DNA from: an uncultured bacterium
GTDB taxonomy: Bacteria > Planctomycetota > Phycisphaerae > Phycisphaerales > SM1A02
NCBI GenBank assembly: GCA_903961015.1
Contig: CAJCCX010000061.1
Span: 6,105 to 70,104 of the forward strand
Reading direction: 5' to 3'
DNA: 64,000 bases
A program made the translations under genes and the position numbers. Every line of letters begins with the position of its first letter. Position 1 is the first letter of the stretch. This document shows positions 1 through 11,708 of this stretch, piece by piece. The notes under the pieces are model-generated. The model did no database searches, was not told the origin of the DNA, and worked only from the letters and a program-made list of their open reading frames with translations.

Positions 1-107
1 AAATCGCTGAAGAAAAAATGAAGGACCTAAACGCTGGCAGTATCGAAGCAGCAATGCGAGTCATCGCAGGAACCGCACGCTCAATGGGCGTCACGGTGGA
101 GGCATAA
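1..107 (+). CDS. rplK: 50S ribosomal protein L11, C-terminal fragment (start lies upstream of the window)
   Basis: The frame beginning at nt 3 reads [34 protein letters not shown], then TAA at 105-107. This is an L11-like C-terminus in the canonical position, 5 nt upstream of rplA. Confidence 0.8.
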   Translation, partial: IAEEKMKDLNAGSIEAAMRVIAGTARSMGVTVEA

Positions 108-112
108 TCCCC

Positions 113-811
113 ATGGCAACGAAAGAAGCAAAAGTCATCGGTCATAGCAAGCGCGTGCGAACCAACCAAGGTTCCCTCGTCACTACCATTCAAACACCTG
201 CTGACGCGATCAAGTCGCTGCGCAAGTACAAGGCGACGAAGTTTGATCAAACGATCAATATCGTCGTGCATTTAGGCATCGATCCAAAGGTTGCAGATCA
301 AGCACTTCGAGGCGCGATTTCTTTCCCCAAGGGCGTGGGAAAGACTTCTCGTGTCGTGTGTTTCTGTAATAGCGACAAGGCTGCTGCAGCGAAAGCCGCT
401 GGAGCTGTTGAAGTCGGCGCAGAAGATCTTGTCGCCAAGATCGAAGGCGGTTGGATGGATTTTGATGTGGCCGTCGCCAGTCCCGACATGATGCGTATCG
501 TCAGCCGTCTTGGAAAAGTGCTCGGTCCAAAGGGACTGATGCCATCTCCAAAAGCCGGAACGGTCACGCCTGATGTTGCAACTGCTGTTCGTGAGTATGT
601 CGCAGGAAAAGTTGAGTACCGAAATGATGATGGCGGAAACGTCCATTGCATCATCGGAAAACTTTCTTTCACTGACGAGGATTTAGTCACAAATCTTGAA
701 CACTTCCTCGCCGTGATCGTGAAGGCGAAGCCAGCATCTTCGAAGGGTTTGTACATCCGCAAGTGTGTCGTGAGTGCCACAATGAGTCCCGGCGTCCAAG
801 TTGCTGTCTAA
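113..811 (+). CDS. rplA: 50S ribosomal protein L1
   Basis: 232 aa. L1 hallmarks: KFDQTINIVVHLGIDPK and VLGPKGLMPSPKAGTVT. Canonical L11-L1-L10-L7/L12 order. Confidence 0.95.
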   Translation: MATKEAKVIGHSKRVRTNQGSLVTTIQTPADAIKSLRKYKATKFDQTINIVVHLGIDPKVADQALRGAISFPKGVGKTSRVVCFCNSDKAAAAKAAGAVEVGAEDLVAKIEGGWMDFDVAVASPDMMRIVSRLGKVLGPKGLMPSPKAGTVTPDVATAVREYVAGKVEYRNDDGGNVHCIIGKLSFTDEDLVTNLEHFLAVIVKAKPASSKGLYIRKCVVSATMSPGVQVAV

Positions 812-841
812 ATTCTGAATTGATCAACTGAGAAATATCCA

Positions 842-1390
842 ATGAGCAAACCAATCAAGAACATGATCGTGTCGGAATACAAGAAGCGCTTCGAAGATAT
901 CGAAGGAGCGGTCTTAATCGAAATTCGCGGCATGCCAACAAAGACCACCACACTTCTGCGTGCACAAATGCGCACGAGTGATGTGCGCGTGACTGTCGTC
1001 AAGAACACCTTGGCCAAGCGTGCATTTATGGGAACTCCCCTCGAAGCGCTTGCTCCTGGACTCAAAGGTCCTCGCGCAATTGTTTACGGAAAAACAAGTG
1101 TCGTGACCATCGCTCGTGAATTGGTCAAATCAGCGAAAACCAATGACAAACTTGCATTGATGGGCGCGTGCATCGACGGATCTTGGTTCGACGGTGTCGA
1201 AGGCGTCACTCGCCTCAGCAAGTTCCCGACCCGCGAAGAAGCGCAATCACAACTTATTACTTTGGTGCTCTCACCTGCCCGAAAACTCGTTGGCACGGTC
1301 ATCGCACCAGGATCACGCCTACTCGGCGTCGTCAAGGAAATCCAAACTCGTCTCGAGAAGGGCGAAACAATCGCCGCGAAGGCGAGTTGA
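842..1390 (+). CDS. rplJ: 50S ribosomal protein L10
   Basis: 182 aa, L10-like N-terminus (KKRFEDIEGAVLIEIRGMPTKTTTLLRAQMR). Lies between rplA and rplL. Confidence 0.92.
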   Translation: MSKPIKNMIVSEYKKRFEDIEGAVLIEIRGMPTKTTTLLRAQMRTSDVRVTVVKNTLAKRAFMGTPLEALAPGLKGPRAIVYGKTSVVTIARELVKSAKTNDKLALMGACIDGSWFDGVEGVTRLSKFPTREEAQSQLITLVLSPARKLVGTVIAPGSRLLGVVKEIQTRLEKGETIAAKAS

Positions 1391-1489
1391 ACTGATCTGA
1401 TTTAGAACCGCACTCCACTGGTCCCCTCGGGGATGAAATGACACCTCGTGGTGTCGCCTATGGGGAGCATAATTTGAAGGAGTATCGAA

Positions 1490-1888
1490 ATGTCTGACGC
1501 GAAAACTTTTGAAGCAAAGATTTCCTCAATGGGAGATTCCATCGCCTCGCTGACCCTCAAGGAAGCAGTCGAATTGGCGGAATACATGAAGGAAAAGTAC
1601 GGTATCGAACCAGCAGCTGGTGGAGCCGTCATGATGGCCGCAGGTGATGGTGGTGGCGCTGCTGCAGCTGTTGAACAATCCGAATTCACCGTTATGCTGG
1701 AAAATTCCGGCGCGACGAAGATCAATGTCATCAAGGTTGTCCGTGAGGCAACTGGACTCGGTCTCAAGGAAGCAAAGGATCTTGTTGATGCAGCCCCAAA
1801 GGCGATCAAAGAGAACCTCTCCAAGGAAGACGCTGAAAAGCTCAAGGCAGCTCTCGAAGCAGCTGGCGGCAAAGTCGTCCTGAAGTGA
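1490..1888 (+). CDS. rplL: 50S ribosomal protein L7/L12
   Basis: 132 aa. Ala/Gly hinge ([11 protein letters not shown]) followed by [24 protein letters not shown] and a [16 protein letters not shown] end. GGAG 8 nt upstream of the ATG. Confidence 0.96.
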   Translation: MSDAKTFEAKISSMGDSIASLTLKEAVELAEYMKEKYGIEPAAGGAVMMAAGDGGGAAAAVEQSEFTVMLENSGATKINVIKVVREATGLGLKEAKDLVDAAPKAIKENLSKEDAEKLKAALEAAGGKVVLK

Positions 1889-1929
1889 TCTGACTGATCG
1901 AGATCATTCGTTTTCTATTGATTCTCAAG

Positions 1930-1957
1930 CCCCGCCTGTTTCTAGGCGGGGTTTTTT
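1930..1957 (+). terminator. Rho-independent terminator/attenuator between rplL and rpoB
   Basis: Perfect 8-bp GC-rich stem, CCCCGCCT (1930-1937) paired with AGGCGGGG (1944-1951). 6-nt loop, then TTTTTT (1952-1957). Located 42 nt after the rplL stop. Confidence 0.75.
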
Positions 1958-2080
1958 ATGCCATCAACCTGTCTCAGAGTGGTCCTTCTATGCGCTGGAA
2001 GGTCCCGCCACCCCCTAAGAAGCCAGCTGCAAAAGAAATCTGAAAAATATCAAGAAAATCATCTCGACCCCCTTGCGCTT

Positions 2081-2097
2081 TTGGCATGGTGCTTGCT
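2081..2097 (+). promoter_or_regulatory. Candidate sigma-54 (-24/-12) promoter element upstream of rpoB
   Basis: TTGGCATGGTGCTTGCT against the consensus YTGGCACGrNNNTTGCW. The GG (2083-2084) and GC (2095-2096) have the correct 12-nt register, with one mismatch. Lies 138 nt upstream of the rpoB ATG. Confidence 0.3.
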
Positions 2098-2234
2098 ACC
2101 CTTCGGGACTTGGCACGCGCCCCAAAATTTGTTTGGAAAGTCACGAAACTTCGACAGAAAAAATCCGCTCAGCGAATTCATTCTATCGGTCGTGATGGTG
2201 CATTGGGTTGGAACGAGAACTTTCAGAGGTAACT

Positions 2235-5200
2235 ATGACCACAAGAAACGTCCGTGACTATTCGAAGCGCGGCGACGCGATCCCCGTCCCGAATTTAACT
2301 CGAGTCCAACAGGATGCGTACACACGCTTCCTGCAAAAGGATCTCGTTCATGAAGAACGAAAAACGCATTTGGGACTTCAGTCTCTTTTGCGAGAAGTCT
2401 TTCCGATCGAGAGCTACGACGGGAATATGAAATTAGAATTCGTTTCATACTCATTTGGTGAGCCTCAGCACACCGAATCAGAATGTCGCGAATTGCGATT
2501 GACCTATGGACATCCATGGCGCGTCAAGATGCGTCTGAAGCGCGAAGACTCCACGGATGTTCTCGAAGAAGATATTTATCTTGGAGACATTCCGATTCTT
2601 CTCGGTGGTGGCGAATTCGTTGTCAATGGTTCCGAGCGCGTGATCGTCAGTCAGTTGCATCGATCGCCCGGCGTCGATTTTTCGATTGCCTCAAGTTTCG
2701 GCGACCGACCACTGCACAGTGCGCGCATCATTCCAGAGCGCGGATCATGGATCGAATTAGAAGTCACAAAGAAGGACGTCTTGGCGATGCGCATCGACCA
2801 ATCGACGAAGTTGGCCGCGACCACCTTCCTTCGTGCGATGGATGAGAAGTTCTCGAGTTCTGAAAAGATTCTTGAATTGTTCTATGAAGTCGAAGATGTT
2901 CGAGTTGAGAAACTCAAGCCAGAGCACTATTCCGCTGAATTGATCATTGATCAAGACACAGGCGAAGAACTCTGCAAGATCGGTGTTGCATTCGGCGACA
3001 AGGTCGGCGTCATTCAAGCAAGTCCTCTCAAGACGGTTCGTGCGATCTGCAATCCTGGCGATCCGCTGATCTTGAACACACTTGCCGAAGAAAAGTTGGA
3101 CTTCCTCGCTGAAGCAACGGAATACGAAGCTGCACTGCTTCGCCTCTATGCAAGACTGCGACCAGGAAATCCACCGCAGACTGAAAAGGCGAAAGATCTT
3201 TTCGCAGAAAAATTCCTCGACACCAATCGTTATCGCCTCGGACGAGTCGGACGATTCCGCGTGAATCGAAAATTTGCGGATGATCCTCAGTACAAGCAGG
3301 TCGGCGAAACTGCGCAACACTTGCGTGCCGAAGATTTCCTCGCTGTCATTCGATACATCATGGAGTTGCGACGACCAGCCGATCCAAATCGACGATCACG
3401 CGCTCACATCGACGACATCGATCACTTGGGAAATCGTCGTCTGCGAACTTTGGACGAACTTGCTACAGAAGAAATGCGCAAGGGATTCTTGAAGTTGAAG
3501 CGCACGGTTCAAGAGCGTATGAGCGTGAAGGATCCAACAGATACGTCGTACAAGATTGCTGACTTGGTCAATTCCAAGTCCATCTCAAGTGCGATCGAAT
3601 TCTTCTTCGGCCGAAGCGAATTGTCGCAGGTCGTTGATCAGACCAACCCCCTCTCGATGCTCGTTCACGAACGACGCCTTTCGGCGCTGGGACCAGGCGG
3701 ATTGAATCGCAAGCGTGCAGGATTCGAAGTGCGCGACGTGCACATTTCCCATTACGGCAGAATCTGCCCGATTGAAACGCCCGAAGGCGCGAACATCGGA
3801 CTCATCGCCAGCTTGGGTATTTATGCTGAAGTCGACGACTACGGATTCTTGCTCACTCCTTATAGAGAGATCACGTCACGCAAGGCGACCGGCAAGACCG
3901 TTCGTTTGCGCGCAGACGAAGAAATCAAGAGCATCTTGGCTCCAAGCGAAACGGTCAGCGAGTCGGGCAAGATCGATCAAGATCTTGTTCTCGTCCGCAA
4001 GGGTGGTGAACTCGTCACATCCGAATCCACGGAAGTTCAATTCGTTGACATCAGCCCGAAGCAAACAGTCGGCGTGTCCGCAGCGCTCATCCCCTTCCTC
4101 GAGCATGACGATGCGAATCGTGCGCTCATGGGATCCAACATGCAGCGACAGGCTGTGCCGTTGATCAAGGTCGATCCACCGCTCGTCGCAACAGGTATGG
4201 AAAAAGTTGTAGGTCGTTCGAGTGGAATGATTGTTCGCGCAGAACGCGCCGGCATCGTCACCTTTGTCGATGCTGAACGAATCATCATTGACAATGCAGA
4301 CGAATATGCTCTTCGCAAATTCGTCGGACTGAACGAGAAAACCTGCCAGAATCAAAAGCCGATCGTTCAACTGAAGCAGAAAGTCAAGGCTGGCGAAATT
4401 CTTGCAGACGGTGCAAGCACTAGCCAAGGCGAACTCGCAATCGGAAAGAATGTTCTTGTGGCATTCAACACCTTCGACGGTTACAACTTCGAAGATGCAA
4501 TCGTGATCAGCGAACGGCTGGTCAAAGACGATACGTTCACTTCAATTCATATCGAATCATTCGATGTTGAAGTGCGCGAGACGAAACTGGGCCGTCAGGA
4601 GTTCACCGCGGATATCCCAAACGTTTCCGAAAGTGCCCTTCGCAATTTGGATGAGCACGGCGTGATTCGTGTTGGTGCTCGCGTCATGCCAGGCGACATT
4701 CTCGTCGGCAAGGTCAGCCCAAAGTCCAAGAGCGAATTGTCCCCAGAAGAAAAACTTCTCCATGCGATCTTCGGACGCGCAGGTGAAGATGTGAAGAATG
4801 ACTCGCTTGATGTTCCAGCAGGAACAGAAGGCGTTGTCATCGGAACGAAAAGCTTCAGTCGACGTCAACATCAAACTGACGAACAGAAGAAATTGCTCAA
4901 GAAGCAAATTTCGACTTTCGAACAGTCGATGGATGCGAAAGCCATTCAACTTTTCCGCCAGATGGCAAGTGAAATCAATCGCATCATCGGAACTGAAATG
5001 GTCGATCCGTCGACACGACAGAAGATTGGTGCGAGCGATATTCCAGACGTCATCATCGAACAGATTGATGGCTTCAGCGAGAAGTGGATCAAAGGCTCCA
5101 AGGAATCGCGCGATCTCGCGATGGTCACCTATGGACAATTCTGGCCTCGTATCCAGAAACTTTTGCGCGAGAAGGAACGACGCGTTAATCACATGAAGCG

Positions 5201-6059
5201 CGGCGACGAACTTCCATCTGGAGTTCTCGAAATGGTCAAGGTCTATCTTGCAACCAAGCGACAATTGTCGGTTGGAGACAAGATGGCAGGACGCCACGGA
5301 AACAAGGGCGTCATCGCTCGAATCGTTCCAGAAGCGGACATGCCATTTATGGAAGACGGAACTCCAGTTGAAGTTCTTCTCAATCCCCTCGGCGTACCAA
5401 GTCGTATGAACGTTGGACAGATTCTGGAAACACATCTTGGATGGGCTGCACGCATCCTCGGCTTCCAAGCAATCACTCCAGTGTTCGACGGCGCGAAGGA
5501 GTCTGAAATCTTCGACGCCATTCGTGAAGCGAATACGCATGTCAATCAGCGCGTTGCGTCGTTCGAGAAGACGGGCGAAAATCCTGGTCTTCCAAACGAA
5601 TTGCTTGCGCTGATGCCAGAAGACGGCAAGGTTCAACTCTACGACGGTCGAACCGGCGAATCGTTCAACCAACGCACTTCAGTTGGATACATGTATCTCT
5701 TGAAACTCCATCACTTGGTGGACGACAAGATTCATGCACGATCGACTGGACCATACAGCCTCATCACTCAGCAACCTCTCGGCGGCAAGGCTCGCACAGG
5801 CGGCCAGCGATTCGGCGAAATGGAAGTCTGGGCGCTCGAAGCGTACGGCGCGGCATATGTGCTCCAAGAACTTCTGACAGTCAAGAGCGACGATACTGAA
5901 GGTCGCCAGAAGATCTATGAGTCGATGGTGAAGGGCGACAACACGCTGCAGGCAGGAATGCCGGTGGTCTTTGATGTGTTGTGCCAAGAAATCAAGGGAT
6001 TGTGTCTCAACATTCAGCTTGAAAAGGTTGGCGGCGAAGCGGCCGCGCCGGTTCTCTGA
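2235..6059 (+). CDS. rpoB: DNA-directed RNA polymerase subunit beta
   Basis: The ORF-track frame 2208-6059 contains [40 protein letters not shown] and [26 protein letters not shown] prefer the ATG at 2235 ([11 protein letters not shown]), preceded by AGAGG. The alternative start is 2208. Confidence 0.97.
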   Translation: MTTRNVRDYSKRGDAIPVPNLTRVQQDAYTRFLQKDLVHEERKTHLGLQSLLREVFPIESYDGNMKLEFVSYSFGEPQHTESECRELRLTYGHPWRVKMRLKREDSTDVLEEDIYLGDIPILLGGGEFVVNGSERVIVSQLHRSPGVDFSIASSFGDRPLHSARIIPERGSWIELEVTKKDVLAMRIDQSTKLAATTFLRAMDEKFSSSEKILELFYEVEDVRVEKLKPEHYSAELIIDQDTGEELCKIGVAFGDKVGVIQASPLKTVRAICNPGDPLILNTLAEEKLDFLAEATEYEAALLRLYARLRPGNPPQTEKAKDLFAEKFLDTNRYRLGRVGRFRVNRKFADDPQYKQVGETAQHLRAEDFLAVIRYIMELRRPADPNRRSRAHIDDIDHLGNRRLRTLDELATEEMRKGFLKLKRTVQERMSVKDPTDTSYKIADLVNSKSISSAIEFFFGRSELSQVVDQTNPLSMLVHERRLSALGPGGLNRKRAGFEVRDVHISHYGRICPIETPEGANIGLIASLGIYAEVDDYGFLLTPYREITSRKATGKTVRLRADEEIKSILAPSETVSESGKIDQDLVLVRKGGELVTSESTEVQFVDISPKQTVGVSAALIPFLEHDDANRALMGSNMQRQAVPLIKVDPPLVATGMEKVVGRSSGMIVRAERAGIVTFVDAERIIIDNADEYALRKFVGLNEKTCQNQKPIVQLKQKVKAGEILADGASTSQGELAIGKNVLVAFNTFDGYNFEDAIVISERLVKDDTFTSIHIESFDVEVRETKLGRQEFTADIPNVSESALRNLDEHGVIRVGARVMPGDILVGKVSPKSKSELSPEEKLLHAIFGRAGEDVKNDSLDVPAGTEGVVIGTKSFSRRQHQTDEQKKLLKKQISTFEQSMDAKAIQLFRQMASEINRIIGTEMVDPSTRQKIGASDIPDVIIEQIDGFSEKWIKGSKESRDLAMVTYGQFWPRIQKLLREKERRVNHMKRGDELPSGVLEMVKVYLATKRQLSVGDKMAGRHGNKGVIARIVPEADMPFMEDGTPVEVLLNPLGVPSRMNVGQILETHLGWAARILGFQAITPVFDGAKESEIFDAIREANTHVNQRVASFEKTGENPGLPNELLALMPEDGKVQLYDGRTGESFNQRTSVGYMYLLKLHHLVDDKIHARSTGPYSLITQQPLGGKARTGGQRFGEMEVWALEAYGAAYVLQELLTVKSDDTEGRQKIYESMVKGDNTLQAGMPVVFDVLCQEIKGLCLNIQLEKVGGEAAAPVL

Positions 6060-6130
6060 ACTGTGTGATTCGTTTGATTGGTACTGATTTGTTCTGATTC
6101 AGACTCTGACTCCTTTTCGAAAGATCCACT

Positions 6131-9100
6131 ATGAACAGCATGGCAGAAAGCGTTTTTGATCGTGTCAATGACTACGGAGCGGTTCGCATTCAACTCGCGA
6201 GCCCGAATGACATCCGAAGCTGGAGCTTCGGCGAAGTCAAGAAACCAGAAACCATCAACTATCGAACCTACCGCCCCGAACGGGACGGTCTGTTCTGCGA
6301 ACGGATCTTCGGACCAGAGCGTGATTATGAATGCGCCTGCGGCAAGTACAAGGGAACCAAGTACAAAGGAATCATCTGCGACCGTTGCGGCGTGAAGGTG
6401 ACTCATTCGCGTGTGCGACGAAAGCGCATGGGACACATCAATCTCGCTGCACCTGCAGTTCATATCTGGTTCTTCAAGGCTCTGCCAAGTCGACTCGGAA
6501 CGCTGCTTGGCATGCGAACTGGAGACATCGAAAAGGTCGTCTACTTCCAGGATTATGTTGTGACCGATCCAGGCTCCACAGATCTTGAATTCAAGCAAGT
6601 CTTGACAGACGATGAATATCGCGAGATGGTTGCCAAGCACGGCAGCAAATTCACCGCCATGATGGGCGCAGAAGCCATTCGCGAACTCCTCTCCCCTGAC
6701 CTGCTCGATCTCCATGCAATCGCTGCAGAAATTCGCGTGGAATTGAATGAGACAAAGAGCAAGCAAAAAGCAAAGGATCTCTCGAAGCGACTGAAGTTGG
6801 TCGAGCAGATTCGTGGATCTTCCAACGAACCACAATGGATGGTTCTCGATGTGATCCCAGTGATCCCGCCGCAACTTCGCCCACTCGTTCTGCTTCAAAG
6901 CGGCAACTTTGCCACAAGCGATCTGAACGATCTCTATCGACGCATCATCAACCGAAATAATCGCTTGAAGAAGTTGATGGATCTCAATGCACCAGAAGTC
7001 ATCATCCGCAACGAAAAACGAATGTTGCAACAAGCAGTCGATGCGTTGTTTGACAACGGTCGTTGCCGACGACCAGTGCTCGGTTCGAGCAATCGTCCGC
7101 TCAAGTCCATCACGGACATGATCAAGGGCAAGCAAGGTCGATTCCGCGAGAATCTGCTCGGCAAGCGCGTCGATTATTCGGCGCGGTCGGTCATCGTCGT
7201 CGGACCAGAATTGAAACTCTGGCAGTGCGGACTTCCAAAGAAGATCGCGCTTGAATTGTTCCAACCTTTCATTATTCGCAAGCTGAAGGAACATGGTCTT
7301 GCAGACACGATCAAGAGTGCCAAGCGAATGCTTGAGCGTCGAGCTCCCGAAGTCTGGGACATTCTCGAACAAGTCACGAAGAATCATCCAGTGCTTTTGA
7401 ATCGTGCTCCAACACTCCATCGAATGGGTATCCAGGCTTTCGAGCCAGTGCTCGTCGAAGGAAATGCGATCAAGGTTCATCCTCTTGTTTGTGCGGCATA
7501 CAACGCAGATTTCGACGGCGATCAGATGGCGGTGCATTTGCCGCTCTCTCTCGAAGCGCAAGTCGAAGCTTCAGTGCTCATGATGAGCACGCACAACATC
7601 TTCAGTCCAGCCAACGGAAATCCCATCGTCAGTCCTTCACAGGACATCGTCATGGGCGTCTATTTCTTGACTGCGGCTCCGATCGAACCACCAGTGGATC
7701 AACCAGGAAAACGCTCGAAGGTTCCGACTTTCTCAAGCGTCAACGAACTCCTCTTGGCGCACGAACTTCGCAAGATTGGCGTGCACGAATGGGCGGATAT
7801 TCGACTTGATCGATTCACCGAGGTCATCAACGGCGCAAACGATGCTCCTGTCCCGACTCCGGCTCATCGCCGTATCCGAACGACCGTTGGCCGCGTGATC
7901 TTCTCCGAAATTCTTGCACAAGGAATGCCGTTTTACAACTGCGCCCTTGGCAAGAAGGGCGCAGCTCGCGTCATCGACGACACATTTGCTCGTCGAGGAA
8001 AAGCGGCGACCATCGAGTTGCTCGATGCGCTCAAGGAAACTGGATTCAAGGCCAGTACAACGAGTGGACTTTCATTCGGCATCACCGATCTGCACATTCC
8101 TGAAAACAAGGAAAAACTGATCGCTGAAAGTCAGAAGAAGGTCGATCAAGCTCGTAAGGATTATGACGACGGCAACACCACGGATGACGAACGACGAAAT
8201 CGCGTGATGGATGCTTGGTCCAAGTGTCGCGACGGACTTTCTGCGATGGTGTTGGAATCGCTCAAGACCGATCGACGAAATCAAGTTGCTGGAACGAAGC
8301 ATGTCGCTGGAAATGTTCCAGGATCCCCTTCTCCCGCAAGCCCATCTGCTCGATACCTCAACCCCGTGTTCTTGTTCATGGACTCGGGTGCTCGAGGAAA
8401 CAAAACTCAGATGCAGCAGTTGGCCGGCATGCGCGGACAGATGGCGAAGCCGAGTGGCGAGATCATGGAAACACCGATCAAGTCGAACTTCCGCGAAGGA
8501 TTGTCCGTCATCGAGTATTTCTCCTCGACACACGGTGCGCGTAAGGGTCTTTCTGATACTGCGCTCAAGACTGCAGATTCGGGCTATCTCACGCGAAAAC
8601 TGTGCGACGTTGCACAGTCCGTCGTTGTGATCGAGCACGATTGCAAGCAAACTCGTGGCATCGCCAAGGAAGCTGTTTACAAAGGCGAAGAAGTCGATGT
8701 TCCGTTGCGTGACGTGCTCAAGGGCCGTACAAGTTGCGAGAACATCGTCGATCCACGAACGGACCGAACGATCGTTGCGCGCAATGAAATCATCACTGTT
8801 GAGAAGGCTCGACTCATCGAAGATCTCGGCGTACGAACTGTCTATGTGCGAAGTCCACTCACCTGCCAAACTCCTCGCGGCGTTTGCGCAACCTGCTACG
8901 GAATGGACATGTCCACCGGCAAGTTGGTAGAAGAAGGTCTTGCAGTGGGAATCATTGCAGCGCAGTCCATCGGCGAGCCTGGAACTCAGTTGACGATGCG
9001 TACTTTCCATACAGGTGGAATCGCCGTCAGTGCCACAACGGAAAATCAGTGGAAGGTCACGCAAGCTGGAACGATCGAGTATGTCGATTGCGGCGAAGCG

Positions 9101-10609
9101 AAAGTCACTGCAGCAGCAGCTCCATACCGAATCGCTTTGCGCAAGACCGGAGAAGTCCGCGTGCTTGATGCGAAGGGTCGCGAACTTGAGAAGTACAAAG
9201 TTCCATACGGCGCCATCTTGTTGTCGAATCCTGGCGATCAAGTGAAGAAGGGTCATGCGGTTCTTGAATGGGACGTGCACGTTTCACCGATTCTTGCTGA
9301 AAAGAGTGGAACAATTCACTTCCGAGACATTCAAGAAGGCGAAACAATTCGTATTGAGCGCAAGGCAAACAAGGACGAAATGGTTGTCATCGAGCACAAG
9401 GGTGAAAAGCATCCGCGCTTGACGATTGAAGACGAAACCGGCAAGGTTCTCGATCTCCACCATCTTCCAGCTAAGGCACACATCGAAGTCAAGGACGGAC
9501 AGGTCATCGAAGCAGGTCAGCGAATCGCGTTCACTCCAAAGGGAACGGCTCGATCCGCAGACATCGTCGGTGGACTCCCCCGTGTGACTGAAATCTTCGA
9601 AGCTCGCATTCCGCGCGATCCTGCGGTGTTGGCACGAATTTCTGGTCGCATCGAATTGCTTCCAAATGAGCGTCGTGGAAAGATGACAATCCGAATCCAT
9701 GCCGAAGGTGCGAAAGAAGAACTTGCTGAAGATCACTATGTGCTTCAAGGCAAGCGTCTGTTGGTCCACTCGGGCGACAATGTTGAAGCTGGAGATGCTC
9801 TGACTGAAGGTGCGCTCACGCCATCTGAAATCCTTGGCATCAAGGGCGAGGATGAACTCTATCGATACATGCTCACTGAAGTGCAGAATGTGTATCGCGC
9901 TCAGGGCGTTCCGATTTCTGACAAGCACATCGAAGTTGTTCTGCGTCAGATGCTCAGCAAGGTTCGCGTCGTTGAGATCGGGGATACAACCCTGCTTCCA
10001 AACGATGTGGTTGAGCGATATGTCTTCCGCGGAATCAATGATTCACTCACTTCAATGTTGAAAATCGAAGATGCTGGTGGAACAACATTGGTCAAGGGAA
10101 GCCTCGTCGCAAAGGACGAAGTCAAACAAGCCAATGCTGAAGCAGAACTTGCAGGCAAGGCAATCGCCAAGACTCGCAAGCCAAAGCCTGCACGCGCACG
10201 AACACTCCTACTGGGAATCACGAAGGCATCGTTGCAATCCGAGAGTTTCCTCTCGGGCGCAAGTTTCCAAGAGACCACCAAGGTGCTGACCGAAGCGGCT
10301 CTCAAGGGCGCTGTCGACACTCTGGTTGGCTTGAAGGAAAACGTACTCCTAGGACATCTCATTCCAGCTGGAACCGGCTTCGAGATCTATACCAATCTCG
10401 TGATCAAGCACCTCGTCGAAAGCACAGGTGAAGAATTCACAGAAGCAGCTGAGATGGAAGCCGCCGCATTGGCAGCCGAAGCTCTCGGAGCAGATCGAAT
10501 CGGAGCGGCTCCAACAATCAAGGACCTTTCTGGTAATTCTGCAAAGGAACAATTGATTCTGGAATCCAGCGAAGGCACTGCATTTGAAGCGACCGACGGC
10601 GGGGAGTAA
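6131..10609 (+). CDS. rpoC: DNA-directed RNA polymerase subunit beta prime
   Basis: 1492 aa. N-terminal zinc ribbon ([21 protein letters not shown]), catalytic [12 protein letters not shown], and the trigger-loop/bridge-helix regions are recognisable. Confidence 0.97.
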   Translation: MNSMAESVFDRVNDYGAVRIQLASPNDIRSWSFGEVKKPETINYRTYRPERDGLFCERIFGPERDYECACGKYKGTKYKGIICDRCGVKVTHSRVRRKRMGHINLAAPAVHIWFFKALPSRLGTLLGMRTGDIEKVVYFQDYVVTDPGSTDLEFKQVLTDDEYREMVAKHGSKFTAMMGAEAIRELLSPDLLDLHAIAAEIRVELNETKSKQKAKDLSKRLKLVEQIRGSSNEPQWMVLDVIPVIPPQLRPLVLLQSGNFATSDLNDLYRRIINRNNRLKKLMDLNAPEVIIRNEKRMLQQAVDALFDNGRCRRPVLGSSNRPLKSITDMIKGKQGRFRENLLGKRVDYSARSVIVVGPELKLWQCGLPKKIALELFQPFIIRKLKEHGLADTIKSAKRMLERRAPEVWDILEQVTKNHPVLLNRAPTLHRMGIQAFEPVLVEGNAIKVHPLVCAAYNADFDGDQMAVHLPLSLEAQVEASVLMMSTHNIFSPANGNPIVSPSQDIVMGVYFLTAAPIEPPVDQPGKRSKVPTFSSVNELLLAHELRKIGVHEWADIRLDRFTEVINGANDAPVPTPAHRRIRTTVGRVIFSEILAQGMPFYNCALGKKGAARVIDDTFARRGKAATIELLDALKETGFKASTTSGLSFGITDLHIPENKEKLIAESQKKVDQARKDYDDGNTTDDERRNRVMDAWSKCRDGLSAMVLESLKTDRRNQVAGTKHVAGNVPGSPSPASPSARYLNPVFLFMDSGARGNKTQMQQLAGMRGQMAKPSGEIMETPIKSNFREGLSVIEYFSSTHGARKGLSDTALKTADSGYLTRKLCDVAQSVVVIEHDCKQTRGIAKEAVYKGEEVDVPLRDVLKGRTSCENIVDPRTDRTIVARNEIITVEKARLIEDLGVRTVYVRSPLTCQTPRGVCATCYGMDMSTGKLVEEGLAVGIIAAQSIGEPGTQLTMRTFHTGGIAVSATTENQWKVTQAGTIEYVDCGEAKVTAAAAPYRIALRKTGEVRVLDAKGRELEKYKVPYGAILLSNPGDQVKKGHAVLEWDVHVSPILAEKSGTIHFRDIQEGETIRIERKANKDEMVVIEHKGEKHPRLTIEDETGKVLDLHHLPAKAHIEVKDGQVIEAGQRIAFTPKGTARSADIVGGLPRVTEIFEARIPRDPAVLARISGRIELLPNERRGKMTIRIHAEGAKEELAEDHYVLQGKRLLVHSGDNVEAGDALTEGALTPSEILGIKGEDELYRYMLTEVQNVYRAQGVPISDKHIEVVLRQMLSKVRVVEIGDTTLLPNDVVERYVFRGINDSLTSMLKIEDAGGTTLVKGSLVAKDEVKQANAEAELAGKAIAKTRKPKPARARTLLLGITKASLQSESFLSGASFQETTKVLTEAALKGAVDTLVGLKENVLLGHLIPAGTGFEIYTNLVIKHLVESTGEEFTEAAEMEAAALAAEALGADRIGAAPTIKDLSGNSAKEQLILESSEGTAFEATDGGE

Positions 10610-10651
10610 TTCCCCCGCGTCGGACAAGTTCAACGGAGTAGGATCGAAGTT

Positions 10652-11149
10652 ATGACCAATTCGGATGCTGAATCCTTGGACCAAAACTCGAAGCAAGAGT
10701 GGTACAAAGACGGGCTACGCTTTTCATGCTCGCAGTGCGGAAATTGTTGCACCGGCGGTCCTGGAGCTGTCTGGTACACCGCAGATGAAGGTCGTGCGAT
10801 GGCTGTTGCGCTTGGACTGACCGATGAAGAATTCACAGCGAAGTACACGCGTGCAATTTTAGATCGACGCTCACTCAATGAATCTGAAACTCCTCACGGA
10901 TTTGATTGCGTCTTTCTTGACCGAACCAGCCAACCTGGCCGAGCGCTCTGCGGGGTCTATACAGCAAGACCTGCACAGTGCAGAACATGGCCATTTTGGC
11001 CAGAGAATTTGACAACTCCAAAGGCTTGGAAGGCGGCAAAAGCGAAGACCCCATGTCATGGAATGGACAATGGAACGCTCTATCCGATCGAGCAAATTCG
11101 AATCTTGCGCGAGCGAGATCATGTCGACAACCATTCTGCGCCGTGGTGA
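10652..11149 (+). CDS. YkgJ/UPF0153-type putative zinc- or iron-chelating protein (CxxCxxCC family)
   Basis: 165 aa. Has CSQCGNCCTG (CxxCxxCC) plus a downstream Cys set (FDCVFLD, ALCGVYTARPAQCRTWPFWP) typical of the family. GGAG-type SD upstream. Starts 42 nt after rpoC. Confidence 0.75.
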   Translation: MTNSDAESLDQNSKQEWYKDGLRFSCSQCGNCCTGGPGAVWYTADEGRAMAVALGLTDEEFTAKYTRAILDRRSLNESETPHGFDCVFLDRTSQPGRALCGVYTARPAQCRTWPFWPENLTTPKAWKAAKAKTPCHGMDNGTLYPIEQIRILRERDHVDNHSAPW

Positions 11150-11164
11150 TCCCACCAATCCGCG

Positions 11165-11698
11165 TTGAATCCATTTCTTCCAGAACATCCACCGCAAGAT
11201 GAGACGATGCAGATTTGGTGGAGACTCTCCACCGATCCGCTGATCGATGAAGCATTCAGAGCACTCCATGAGCATGCTGCTACAGTCGTCGAACTGCACA
11301 GGCCTGTGTGTCTTGCCAGTGGCCGCTGCTGTCAATTTAAGAATCATGATCATTTGCTCGCAGTGACAGGATTGGAAGCCGCGTGGACATGGAGAAACAC
11401 TCAACGAGTGATTTCGACCGCAACTGCGACGAATGCTCAGCAACAAGGCTCTTGTGCATATCTCGACGGGAAGCTCTGCTCGATTCATAGTGATCGCCCC
11501 ACCGGTTGCAGAACATATTTCTGTGATCGCGGCGACGGTACTTGGCAATCAACACTTTCTGAGTCGCTGCATCAATCCATTCGCCGCATCCATGAAGAGC
11601 GCGAGATTCCATACCTTTGCGCCGAATGGACATGGCTCATTCATGCGTTTTCTGCCGCACATGAACGAGGGGTTTTTTTCAAGGGGTCCCTCCACTAA
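11165..11698 (+). CDS. Second, divergent YkgJ-like Cys-cluster protein
   Basis: 177 aa. CLASGRCCQF and CAYLDGKLCSIHSDRPTGCRTYFCD resemble the C-terminal half of the CxxCxxCC family. The track start at 11165 is TTG; the first ATG is at 11207. Confidence 0.55.
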   Translation: MNPFLPEHPPQDETMQIWWRLSTDPLIDEAFRALHEHAATVVELHRPVCLASGRCCQFKNHDHLLAVTGLEAAWTWRNTQRVISTATATNAQQQGSCAYLDGKLCSIHSDRPTGCRTYFCDRGDGTWQSTLSESLHQSIRRIHEEREIPYLCAEWTWLIHAFSAAHERGVFFKGSLH

Positions 11699-11708
11699 CA
11701 TTGGCATT

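Noticed and set aside
4557-5672. 371-aa ORF antisense to rpoB
   Set aside because: It lies entirely inside the unambiguous rpoB frame and has no recognisable motifs. It is a typical shadow ORF of a long, codon-biased gene.
6014-7561. 515-aa ORF antisense to the rpoB end and rpoC start
   Set aside because: Shadow ORF. rpoC on the plus strand carries all hallmark motifs here. The antisense product is compositionally odd and has no start context.
8072-9280. 402-aa ORF antisense to rpoC
   Set aside because: Shadow ORF inside a certain coding region.
11433-11708. N-terminal extensions in the ORF track (this one, and likewise at 13407-14693, 14438-15550, 16428-17678, 18914, 20768-21796, 23280, 33577, 36594, 40058, 53331-54896, 61618-62943)
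   Set aside because: Each extension overlaps the neighbouring gene or lacks similarity to the family N-terminus. In every case an internal ATG abuts or overlaps the upstream stop and restores the expected protein start.
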